Virus record (IMG/VR): IMGVR_UViG_3300009694_000018
Reading direction: 5' to 3' (one strand)
Source of the DNA: an uncultured virus (IMG/VR IMGVR_UViG_3300009694_000018)
Lineage: Duplodnaviria > Heunggongvirae > Uroviricota > Caudoviricetes
DNA length: 64,000 nt
Of the stretch, positions 10,685-19,845 are shown piece by piece. The translations under genes were made by a program, and so were the position numbers. The notes beneath the pieces were generated by a model. The model saw nothing but the letters and a program-made list of their open reading frames with translations, was not told where the DNA came from and searched no databases. Position 1 is the stretch's first letter. The number at the start of each line of letters is the position of its first letter.

Positions 10685-11206
10685 ATGGGATATAGAGCCA
10701 AACCAAATGTCATTTTAAAGAAAAATGGGAAAAAGATGTACAATAGTGGTGAATATCATCTTATTCATCCATCTAAATATTTGGGTGATGCTGCTTTAAT
10801 TTATTGGAGATCTTCTTGGGAATATAAACTATATTTTTATTTAGATAACGAACCACGTGTACTTCATTGGAATGTTGAAGGAATGACAATTCCATATGAA
10901 ATTCAAATAGATGGAAAATGGGAAACTCATAGATATCATCCAGATTGTTTCGCAGAAATACAAAGAACGGACGGTACTATATCAAAAACAGCAATAGAAA
11001 TAAAACCATATAAAGAAACAATTCCTCCGGAAAAACCAAAAAAAGAAACTTTAAAATCATTAGAAAATTACGAATATAGAATGAAATTATTTTTAAGAAA
11101 TCTGGCTAAATGGAAAAAAGCCAAGGAATATTGTAACAAAAGAGGTATTGATTTTTTTATTATGACTGAAAAATTTTTCGATGATCATTCAATAAAAATA
11201 TTTTAA
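10685..11206 (+). CDS. Head completion nuclease, T4 gp4-like (TnsA-type PD-(D/E)xK)
   Basis: HPSKYLGD...YWRSSWE...IPY...HRYHPD...EIKP...NLAKWKKA...FFIMTE. Confidence 0.85.
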   Translation: MGYRAKPNVILKKNGKKMYNSGEYHLIHPSKYLGDAALIYWRSSWEYKLYFYLDNEPRVLHWNVEGMTIPYEIQIDGKWETHRYHPDCFAEIQRTDGTISKTAIEIKPYKETIPPEKPKKETLKSLENYEYRMKLFLRNLAKWKKAKEYCNKRGIDFFIMTEKFFDDHSIKIF

Positions 11207-11211
11207 CAGAA

Positions 11212-11979
11212 ATGGATAAATATAAAGGATTAGAATCATTTTCATCATATTGTCAAAAGTTGATAGGAGAATATAATGGTAATATGAAAAGATTGGTTAC
11301 AGAGTCTACTGATCTTATTTTCAGTTTAATAAAAAATCCAAATCTTGAAGTTAAACGATCAATTAAAGGAGGAATCTACGTTGGTAAATTTTATTTGATA
11401 AGATATAATTATAATGGAAACAAATTATGGTGTCCTGTTTTTGTAATAGACGATAGATACAATGCAGAAATTCAAAAAAGAATTATTTATGCGATAAATT
11501 TTGATTATTTGCCTTTTAGATATAAGATTGTATATCTGGATAAATTATTTAATATGTTTCAATCAATAATAATAAAAAATATAAAAAATAACGATAATGA
11601 TAATGATGTTAATAAAGAAATACCTTTAAAAGTTAACTTTGAATCAATATACAGATCTTTAAAAAATAACGGGGATTTTAATTTTTGTATAACAGGTTTT
11701 GATTATAGTAAAATAGTTGGTGTTGATAAAGGTGAACCTGAAATTTATGGAATATCCATTAATATTGTACCTAGATTTATTTTTTTAAATACTAAACAAG
11801 TAAATAAAAACATTATGATAAAAGCATTAAAAAATACAGATATAGAAAAAGAAAAAGAAAAATTATCTATAATTTTAGAATTATATGAAAAAACAGTGCA
11901 AGATTTCGATAACGATGTTAAAGAATATTATCAAAAATTGAGATTGATTGAAAATCATTACAAATTATATGATAATTAA
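11212..11979 (+). CDS. Putative DNA end-protector protein, T4 gp2-like
   Basis: GKFYLIRY...PVFVI...AINFDYLP resembles the gp2 core; adjacent to gp4. Confidence 0.45.
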   Translation: MDKYKGLESFSSYCQKLIGEYNGNMKRLVTESTDLIFSLIKNPNLEVKRSIKGGIYVGKFYLIRYNYNGNKLWCPVFVIDDRYNAEIQKRIIYAINFDYLPFRYKIVYLDKLFNMFQSIIIKNIKNNDNDNDVNKEIPLKVNFESIYRSLKNNGDFNFCITGFDYSKIVGVDKGEPEIYGISINIVPRFIFLNTKQVNKNIMIKALKNTDIEKEKEKLSIILELYEKTVQDFDNDVKEYYQKLRLIENHYKLYDN

Positions 11980-11994
11980 ATCAATCATAATATA

Positions 11995-12004
11995 TTAATA
12001 TATA
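11995..12004 (+). promoter_or_regulatory. Putative late promoter upstream of portal
   Basis: TTAATATATA 20 nt before the ATG at 12025. Confidence 0.6.
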
Positions 12005-12024
12005 GTAAAAAATAAATAAATTAA

Positions 12025-13842
12025 ATGGCAAGTTACGATAGATATAAAAATAATCAAGGAAACTCTTCAAATTTCGGATTATTCAATAGAATTTTAAGAG
12101 GACTCTCTACAATGTTCGGGGGTCTTGAATATAATGACATGAGAATAAGAAACGCCTACGCTGTTGGTGTCCATGAAGAAACTACTGATGTATTATATCA
12201 ACCGAATAGTTCAAATATGTATGATTTATTTACTAAAAAGACTATTGCTAGATTTTTAGACAAAAAATCAATAGCATATCTCGATAGAACATATTTAGAT
12301 AAAAGAAAAATATTAAGACAATACTCTATAAAAGACGAAATAAAAGATTTTATTACACAAATTGCTGATGAGTGTATTATATATGATGATAATAATAGAT
12401 TTTGTTTTGTTAAAGATCTTCCAGATACTTACGAACAAACTATAAAACAAAAATACCAAGAAGTATTCACGAAAATAATAAACACTTTCAATTTTAACGA
12501 AGGTCAAATCGCTTGGCAATATCTTAAAAATCTTTTAATAGACGGTTATATTTCATATGAAATTATCTATGACGATAAACAAAAAAATATAATAGATTTA
12601 GCTCCATTAGATCCTTTAACACTGATTGTTGCTACTGATCCGAATACAAATACAATGATCTGGATTCAACATCCAGATAATCCACAAATGCGTAAAATCT
12701 TATTAGATTCTCAAATTATTTATATATCATATTCAAATAATAATGAATATGGTGAAACTTCTTATGTTGAAAATTTAATTAGACCATATAACCAATTAAA
12801 AATGATTGAGCAAGCTCGTCTATTATATAATATAAATCAAGCATCAATTTATAAAAAATTTGTAATACCAGTCGGAGGATTAACTCGACAACAAGCCGAA
12901 CAACAAGTTTATGAATTAATGAGTGAATATCACGACGACGTACAATGGGACGAAAGAATGGGCACTGTTGCTATAAACGGTAGCACTAATATACCATTTA
13001 GTAAAGATTTCTGGTTTCCAGAAGGACAAGGAGGTACACCTAGCATAGATATATTACAACCGACTCAAGTAAATTTAAATGAAGATATAGTACTTCAATG
13101 GTTTTATAAAATATTGAAAAGAGCAAGTAAATTGCCTTTTCAAAGATTTGATGAAGATAATGGTGGTGGATCTTATGCATATGATTCCAGTGCAGCAATT
13201 ACGAGAGACGAAGTAAAATTTAAAAACTATATAAATAGAGTTAGAACAATATTTAAAGAAATCTTATTGAAACCGTTAAAAATTCAAATGATTATAGAAT
13301 TTCCGGAATTAAAAGACGATACTACTTTCAATGACAACATAAGATTAGAATTCATATCTGATACATTATTCGAAGAATGGAGACATTTGAAAAATATGAG
13401 TGAAAGAGCTGGTATCGCATCAACATTAATGTCGTCATTACAAAATTCAGAAGGAAAATCATTTTTAAGTATTGAATGGGTAATGCGTCATATTATGAAA
13501 TTTACAGATGCTGATATTGAAGAAAATAGAAAATATAAAATGCTAGAACTCAAATCCGGAGTCGGTGGTCCAGAAGGTGCTGGTCCAGAAGGTGGATTTG
13601 CCGGCGGATTTGGTGGAGGCGCTCAATTCGGTGGTGGTGGAGGAGCACAAATGGGGGGAGGAGCACAATTTGGTGGTGGATCACAAGCTGGTGGCGCTCA
13701 ATTTGGCGGTGGAGCACAAATAGGTGGAGAAGCGCAAGCCGGTGGTGGAGCACAAGCCGGTGCTCAATTTGGCGGTGGAACACAAGCGGGTGGAGGATCT
13801 CAAACACCATCACCACAAGCCGGACAAGGAGCCACATTCTAA
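12025..13842 (+). CDS. Portal protein, T4 gp20-like, with Gly/Gln-rich C-terminal tail
   Basis: IADECI, LIDG, SYVENLIRPYNQLKMIE, DFWFP...G.P.IDIL, ASKLPFQRF, ITRDEVKF..YI.R.R..F..IL..PL..Q motifs. Confidence 0.9.
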   Translation: MASYDRYKNNQGNSSNFGLFNRILRGLSTMFGGLEYNDMRIRNAYAVGVHEETTDVLYQPNSSNMYDLFTKKTIARFLDKKSIAYLDRTYLDKRKILRQYSIKDEIKDFITQIADECIIYDDNNRFCFVKDLPDTYEQTIKQKYQEVFTKIINTFNFNEGQIAWQYLKNLLIDGYISYEIIYDDKQKNIIDLAPLDPLTLIVATDPNTNTMIWIQHPDNPQMRKILLDSQIIYISYSNNNEYGETSYVENLIRPYNQLKMIEQARLLYNINQASIYKKFVIPVGGLTRQQAEQQVYELMSEYHDDVQWDERMGTVAINGSTNIPFSKDFWFPEGQGGTPSIDILQPTQVNLNEDIVLQWFYKILKRASKLPFQRFDEDNGGGSYAYDSSAAITRDEVKFKNYINRVRTIFKEILLKPLKIQMIIEFPELKDDTTFNDNIRLEFISDTLFEEWRHLKNMSERAGIASTLMSSLQNSEGKSFLSIEWVMRHIMKFTDADIEENRKYKMLELKSGVGGPEGAGPEGGFAGGFGGGAQFGGGGGAQMGGGAQFGGGSQAGGAQFGGGAQIGGEAQAGGGAQAGAQFGGGTQAGGGSQTPSPQAGQGATF

Positions 13843-13896
13843 TAAGAAACCATTATGTGCCTTTATCCAGTGAATCGTTCAGATAAAGAAATAAAC

Positions 13897-13927
13897 AAAA
13901 AAACCTATCTTTTTGATAGGTTTTTTT
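13897..13927. terminator. Bidirectional terminator between convergent genes
   Basis: AAAAAAACCTATC-TTTTT-GATAGGTTTTTTT. Confidence 0.8.
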
Positions 13928-13945
13928 AATTTAATATTAAAGATT

Positions 13946-15586
13946 TTATTTATTCCATATATATTTTAAATTTCCACTATCGTATATTCTAAATATATTT
14001 TTTTCTATCATTATATCGTGTTCAGATTTATTTGGATCTTCACCGTTTTTTACTAAATTATCTTTTCTAAAATTGAATCTATATTTTCTTATTCCGTCTA
14101 TAATATAAAAATAGTTTGGTCGTGTTTTATGAATTAGTTTGAATCCAAGATTTTCATATAAGTTACCTGTTGACCACGATCTATCGGCATAACTAATTAT
14201 TTCTATCGGATTATATTTTTTGATAAAATATTTAAATAATTTAGAAGCACTACCAATTACATTAGTGTTTAATTTATTGCAGAATCTAAGTATTTCATAT
14301 GTGTCATCTATTGATTTTTGACCCATCGATTTTCTTAAAGATCCAAATGTCATGATTGATACTAATTCATTTTGATTAAATAAACCAATTTTTATTTTAG
14401 AACCGACAAAACCTTGTAAATGATTTTTTTCTAAAAAAATTTTAACTAATTTATTATCGGTTATTTCTTTTATATCGCATTTTCTAGCCATTATTTTATT
14501 AGATTTTCCGATAAGATTTAAAATTCTAGATTTGACTATATCAGTTTTATATAACCAATCATCTTCGTATATTTGAATAAGTTTCATTTCGTTTTTTTCA
14601 CATAATTCAGTTTTATTAAAATGATAATAATTTTCTTTAAATATCTCGGAATGCCAATATAATCCATTAAATTCGAAAGCCAATTTCAATTCCGGTAAAT
14701 ATATATCTATTTCATAAGGATTTATTGTCTTTCTATCATTTAATGAAATTTCTTTATTATAATTTTCTTTTATGAATTCTTGTAATTGCACCTCAAATCC
14801 GCTATTTGAAGAAGAGCCTATAGGATTACAAATAGTGCAAATAGTTGTTTTATAGATTTTAAATCTTTGATGTAATATAATAAAAGGAATATCATATTGT
14901 TTTTTACACACATCACAAAATATTGTATATTTTTTATTTTTAAAATCTATATTTATGATATTTAACTTACAATATAATTTTTTTAATTTTTTAGTTTGTA
15001 ATTCGATGGATTTAGATGGATTATCCACACCGTATTTATTTACAAATGTGTCTTTGATACTATTTTTAAATTCTTCTGAACCAAAATAATAATCATTTTT
15101 GTATTTTTTTTTATTGGTGTTTTTTATTTTATCTAAAATAATATTGGACATGAAAGAATTATCTGATCCATATTTATCGTTAAACGTCGCTTTAATTTTT
15201 TCCTTAATATTATTATCTTTGAGAGGATTATCTACTCCATATTTTTTTATACAGGTTTTTTTTATTTTTTCTTTAGTTTCATCAAACAACATTTGATGTT
15301 CTACTCCATATTTTTCTAAACACGTTTTTTTGTTTTTTATGCAGCTACACTTCAAACATGTATATAAATTATATTTTTTAAAATTTTTATTATAATTTTT
15401 ATATGATAAAATTGTCTCTAATCCACAAACATCGCACCTGACATGTAATTTTTTATGACTTTGTTTTTGCAAATGTTCAATTGGAATAGTTATAATATCT
15501 TTTAAATTAACAATATAATCAAATTTCTTAAAATAATCAATATTTTGTTTGGTTATCTTTACATCTATATTTTTTTCTATTATCAT
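13946..15586 (-). CDS. Hef-like free-standing homing endonuclease (Zn ribbon, KYGVxN repeats, PD-(D/E)xK/Vsr-like nuclease, GNAT/Mom-like C-terminal domain)
   Basis: CDVCG; KYGVDNP repeats; EIDIYLPELKLAFEFNGLYWH; NHLQG...LRFC...ASKLFKYF...SYADRSWS. Confidence 0.75.
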   Translation of the reverse strand: MIIEKNIDVKITKQNIDYFKKFDYIVNLKDIITIPIEHLQKQSHKKLHVRCDVCGLETILSYKNYNKNFKKYNLYTCLKCSCIKNKKTCLEKYGVEHQMLFDETKEKIKKTCIKKYGVDNPLKDNNIKEKIKATFNDKYGSDNSFMSNIILDKIKNTNKKKYKNDYYFGSEEFKNSIKDTFVNKYGVDNPSKSIELQTKKLKKLYCKLNIINIDFKNKKYTIFCDVCKKQYDIPFIILHQRFKIYKTTICTICNPIGSSSNSGFEVQLQEFIKENYNKEISLNDRKTINPYEIDIYLPELKLAFEFNGLYWHSEIFKENYYHFNKTELCEKNEMKLIQIYEDDWLYKTDIVKSRILNLIGKSNKIMARKCDIKEITDNKLVKIFLEKNHLQGFVGSKIKIGLFNQNELVSIMTFGSLRKSMGQKSIDDTYEILRFCNKLNTNVIGSASKLFKYFIKKYNPIEIISYADRSWSTGNLYENLGFKLIHKTRPNYFYIIDGIRKYRFNFRKDNLVKNGEDPNKSEHDIMIEKNIFRIYDSGNLKYIWNK

Positions 15587-17214
15587 TTTTTATTCCATAA
15601 AAATTTTAAACTACCTGAATCATATATTCTAAGTATTCCTCTATCTAACATTATTTCATGTTCGGTTTTAGTCGAATCAAATCCTTCTGTTATCAATTTA
15701 TTTTTTCTAAAATTAAATCTATATTTTCTTGTTTTATTAATAATATAATAATAATTTGGTTTTGTTTTATGAATCAATTCAAATTCTAGTTTCTTATATA
15801 AATCACCATTGGACCAACTACGATCAGCATAACTAATTACTTCTATCGGATTATATTTTTCAATAAAATATTTAAAAAGTTTACTAGCTCCACCTATAAC
15901 GTTAATATTTATTTTATTACAAAATCTAAGCATTTCAAATGAACTAATTGAAGATTTTTGACCCATGGGAATTCTCAATGATCCAAATGTCATTAAAGAT
16001 ACGATTTCTTCGTTATAAAAAAGTCCGATTTTTATTTTAGAACCAACAAAACCTTGAATATGGTTTAATTCTAAAAAATCTTTAACCATATTATTATCAG
16101 TTATTTCTTTTATTTCACATTTTCTAGCATATATTTTATTTGATTTGCCTAGAATATTTAATATTCTAGATTTAACTATGTTTTGTTTATATAACCAATC
16201 GTCTTCGTAAATATGTATTAAATGAATTCCTAATTTTTCACATTCTTCGGTTTTATTTAAATGATAATTTGCATCTTTGTAAAATTCAGAATGCCAATAA
16301 AGTCCATTAAATTCGAAAGCAATTTTCAAATTTGGTAAATAAATGTCTATTTCTTTTGGTGGTATTATTTTAGCGTTAGTAATGACATCAAATTGATAGT
16401 TTTTTTTTATAAAATCTATTATGTTTTTTTCTTCACTCGATGTTGAAAAATAACCAATTGGATTACATATCGAACACAATTCAACTTTTAATTCTCTTCT
16501 TGTTTGATATGCTCTTTTATTTAATGAAAAATTTTGATTGCATTTTTTACAATAAAAAATATAATCATCTCCAACATAATCAATAATTCCATATTTATTT
16601 TTTAAGAAATTTAAAACTTTGTTTTTAATTTTTTGTTTAAAATCAATTGATTGTGATATATATTTTACTCCATTATTTTCAAAACATGTTTTTTCTTTTT
16701 TGATTTTTATATTTTTATTTTTAGATACATTATCAACACCATATTTATCCATTATGGTTTTTTTAGATTTATTTTTTATAATATCATTTGATAACCCCCA
16801 ATCGCATCCCCAATTTATTCTATTAGTTTTTATTTTTTTTTCTTTTATTTCAATACTCTTAGACACATTATCTACTCCATATTTCTCTAAGTTTTTTTCT
16901 TTTATTTTGTTCTTAACATTATCTATTTGAAAAACATTTTTTACTCCATATTTTTCTAATAAATTCTTTTCATTTTTACATTTTTTACAATAATATTTGA
17001 TTAAATAATCATTCTTCACTATAGAATTAAATTTGACTTTCCTTTCTATTCCACAAATATCACACCTTATATTAATTAACGCATGACTCCCGTTACTTAA
17101 ATCCTTAATAAACACATCAATTGTTTCATTGACTCTCCCAATATAACCTAGCTTTTTATATCTACTAATATTCGATGAATTCAATGTTATACTTACTTTA
17201 TCGTCTATTATCAT
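15583..17214 (-). CDS. Hef-like homing endonuclease paralog
   Basis: Same architecture and a near-identical C-terminal half to 13946..15586. Confidence 0.75.
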   Translation of the reverse strand: MIIDDKVSITLNSSNISRYKKLGYIGRVNETIDVFIKDLSNGSHALINIRCDICGIERKVKFNSIVKNDYLIKYYCKKCKNEKNLLEKYGVKNVFQIDNVKNKIKEKNLEKYGVDNVSKSIEIKEKKIKTNRINWGCDWGLSNDIIKNKSKKTIMDKYGVDNVSKNKNIKIKKEKTCFENNGVKYISQSIDFKQKIKNKVLNFLKNKYGIIDYVGDDYIFYCKKCNQNFSLNKRAYQTRRELKVELCSICNPIGYFSTSSEEKNIIDFIKKNYQFDVITNAKIIPPKEIDIYLPNLKIAFEFNGLYWHSEFYKDANYHLNKTEECEKLGIHLIHIYEDDWLYKQNIVKSRILNILGKSNKIYARKCEIKEITDNNMVKDFLELNHIQGFVGSKIKIGLFYNEEIVSLMTFGSLRIPMGQKSSISSFEMLRFCNKININVIGGASKLFKYFIEKYNPIEVISYADRSWSNGDLYKKLEFELIHKTKPNYYYIINKTRKYRFNFRKNKLITEGFDSTKTEHEIMLDRGILRIYDSGSLKFLWNKK

Positions 17215-17310
17215 GATAAGATTTATTAATATATATAATTAAATGGATGTTATGTTTTGTCTAAATCACCATTAAATACATCAAAATAGAAAAATATCAC
17301 ATTTTTAATG

Positions 17311-17323
17311 TAATATATAAATA
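17311..17323 (+). promoter_or_regulatory. Late promoter upstream of the prohead protease
   Basis: TAATATATAAATA contains both the local AATATATA motif and the exact T4 late promoter TATAAATA (17316-17323). Confidence 0.7.
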
Positions 17324-17340
17324 AAAAAATAAAAGCAAAC

Positions 17341-19767
17341 ATGAAGAATGTTCTGATTATTGAAAATTCAACCAATGGATTGCAAAAAGTCAACGAATCT
17401 GTTACCCCAACAGGGAAACGTCAATACATTTTAGGTGGTATATTCACTGAATTTGGTGTGAAGAACAGAAACGATAGGATATATAGTGCTGATAGATTTT
17501 TGCCGCACTTGGATGAATTATTAGAAAGGAAAAAAACACTGGGTGTCGTTTATGGCGAGTTCGATCATCCTGATGTTTTTGATACAAGTTTATCTAGGGT
17601 ATCTCACATTGTAGAAAAAGCTTTTTATGTAAAAGATAAAAATAGAGTTGATGGTGAAATTAAATTACTAAATACTCGTTGGGGGAAAGAAGCCCAAGCT
17701 TTAATAGATGATGATTGCCCTATTTTTGTTTCATCTAGGGCCGCTGGAATAACAGAATCAAATGGCGAAGTAACAATTAAGAAATTGTTTACTTATGACG
17801 CTGTTGCAGATCCTGGTTTTAGCTCCGCAAAAATGGAACTTCGCACATTAAATGAATCATTAGGATTTAACGAAAGTGCTAACTTTAGGATATATGATAT
17901 ATCCGACGAGTCAAAAATAAACGATTTGTTCAATATGGATAATAATGAATTTGTAACAAAAGAACAGATGGAAAAGTACTCTAATTATTTAACTGGAGAA
18001 ATTGCTAAAACAAAAAATGAAATTAGTGAAACCATTAAAAATGGTGATTTTGATCCAAAAAAATTAAATGATTTGTATGAAAAGTACGAAACCTTCAATG
18101 AGGGATTTAAGAAGATAGCTTCTTATCTCGATTACTTAGCCGAAACGATGCAAGTATTGGTTAAAGAAAATAAAAAAATTAAAAAAACAAACGAAAAACT
18201 AGAAGAAGATTTAGAAAGAACTACAGAAAGAACTAAAAAAATTATCGAACACAATGATTATCTGGCAGAAAATCTAGAAAAAGCAATTGGATATACTGAA
18301 TATGTTGCTGAATCAGTTGATAAATCAATTGATTATTCCAATTACATTGCAGAAACACTGGATAAATCAATAGACTTCTCAGAATATATCGCTGAAAACG
18401 TTGATAATACAATTAAATATTCAGAATATATCGCTGAAAACGTTGATAAATCAATTGATTATTCCGAATATATAGCTGAAAATCTAGATAAAAATATAGC
18501 TTATTCAGAATATGTTGCTGAAAGTTTAGATAAAAATATAGCTTATTCAGAATATGTTGCTGAACATGTTGATAATAATATTAAATATGCAGAATATATC
18601 GCCGAGCATGTTGATAATGGAATCAAATATTCAGAATATATTGGTGAACAACTCGATAATAGTATTAAATATGCTGAATATATTGCTGAAAATTTGACGG
18701 ATGCAATTGCTTATGAAAATTACATCGCTGAATCTTTAGATAAAAATATAGAATATAATAAATACATCGCTGAAAAATTAAATTCTAAAGGAAATTTGAT
18801 AAGAGAATCTATTGAAACTCCTGAAGAAAAAATGGGTAATTTTAAAACCGGTTCTGTCGCAAAGTATTACGATGATGACGAAGATATGAACAACGTTCAA
18901 CCAATCGATGACGACGATGAAACTGGAGTTCAAAATCAAGGTCAGACTCAAACGCAAGGTCAAGCTCAAGTTCAAACGCAAGGTCAAGCTCAAACGCAAG
19001 GTCAAGATGAAGAGGAAGAAGATGTTGATATTGAAGGAGTAAATGCCGAAGAAATTCAAGATGAAGAAGATAAAACAGAACTAGTACCTGGTCAAGTTGT
19101 TAAAATTGACGATGATAAAACGGGTGAAATTTTAGCAATTAATGCTGACAATGGAATTGCTGTAGTTAAATTATCAGATACCGGTGAAGTTCAAGAAATT
19201 CAAGAAAATAGATTATCAATCATAGGTGATAAAATTTATGATTCAGAAAATACATTAAAGAAATTAGTGTTAAAGCAAATCAATGAATCCAAAAAACGCA
19301 AGGCTTCAGAAGATAAAGAACCTCATTTCTTACTTTTCTTAACTGAAAAGAAAAAGGCAGCATACTATAACCTTTCTCAATCAGATAAAGAAAAAGTAAT
19401 CGTTGCAATGAACGAAAGTAATGGTTATACAACAGAAAATGAAGTTTTAACAATAATGGCTAAAGCTCTAACTTCAGCCGTAAGAAGCTTTAATGACAAA
19501 TTGATCGACAATATCCCAAACGATCTTAGACCAATTTGGGAAAGTTTACGTCCAGAAGTTCAAGGAAGTATTATAAGTAGTGCACAATTTTATACAAACC
19601 TTACTGAGGATAAAATGGAAAGTTTCTGGAATAGTAGAAACCTCCACGAATATGCTAAAAAAAGTTCAGGTAAAGTTACACTGTTAACAGAAAAAAATAA
19701 TAGTTTTGATAATACAAAGTTATCTGAAAATCAATTAGAAGCATATTTAAAAAGATTACAAAGATAA
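17341..19767 (+). CDS. Prohead protease (T4 gp21-like) fused to a long scaffold/core-like region
   Basis: KNRNDRIY, GEFDHP, VSSRAAG and YDAVADPG protease motifs in the first ~170 aa; directly upstream of the capsid gene. Confidence 0.85.
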   Translation: MKNVLIIENSTNGLQKVNESVTPTGKRQYILGGIFTEFGVKNRNDRIYSADRFLPHLDELLERKKTLGVVYGEFDHPDVFDTSLSRVSHIVEKAFYVKDKNRVDGEIKLLNTRWGKEAQALIDDDCPIFVSSRAAGITESNGEVTIKKLFTYDAVADPGFSSAKMELRTLNESLGFNESANFRIYDISDESKINDLFNMDNNEFVTKEQMEKYSNYLTGEIAKTKNEISETIKNGDFDPKKLNDLYEKYETFNEGFKKIASYLDYLAETMQVLVKENKKIKKTNEKLEEDLERTTERTKKIIEHNDYLAENLEKAIGYTEYVAESVDKSIDYSNYIAETLDKSIDFSEYIAENVDNTIKYSEYIAENVDKSIDYSEYIAENLDKNIAYSEYVAESLDKNIAYSEYVAEHVDNNIKYAEYIAEHVDNGIKYSEYIGEQLDNSIKYAEYIAENLTDAIAYENYIAESLDKNIEYNKYIAEKLNSKGNLIRESIETPEEKMGNFKTGSVAKYYDDDEDMNNVQPIDDDDETGVQNQGQTQTQGQAQVQTQGQAQTQGQDEEEEDVDIEGVNAEEIQDEEDKTELVPGQVVKIDDDKTGEILAINADNGIAVVKLSDTGEVQEIQENRLSIIGDKIYDSENTLKKLVLKQINESKKRKASEDKEPHFLLFLTEKKKAAYYNLSQSDKEKVIVAMNESNGYTTENEVLTIMAKALTSAVRSFNDKLIDNIPNDLRPIWESLRPEVQGSIISSAQFYTNLTEDKMESFWNSRNLHEYAKKSSGKVTLLTEKNNSFDNTKLSENQLEAYLKRLQR
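18250..18780 (+). repeat. 13 tandem 42-bp / 14-aa coding repeats (YSEYIAENxDKxIx)
   Basis: Counted directly in the translation, from HNDYLAEN to YNKYIAEKL. Confidence 0.9.
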
Positions 19768-19800
19768 ATTTTATATGTTTGATAGTCGATTTAGAAAAAA

Positions 19801-19824
19801 ATGACTTTTTAAATCAAATATATA
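19801..19824 (+). promoter_or_regulatory. Bipartite putative late promoter (ATGA-N12-AATATATA) upstream of the major capsid gene
   Basis: Same spacing at 8330, 8636, 61882, 32160(-) and 52168(-). Confidence 0.6.
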
Positions 19825-19845
19825 ACTAAAAAAAAAATTAAAAAA

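Noticed and set aside
18250..18780. 42-bp repeats as a CRISPR array or non-coding repeat
   Set aside because: In-frame coding repeats with synonymous variation.
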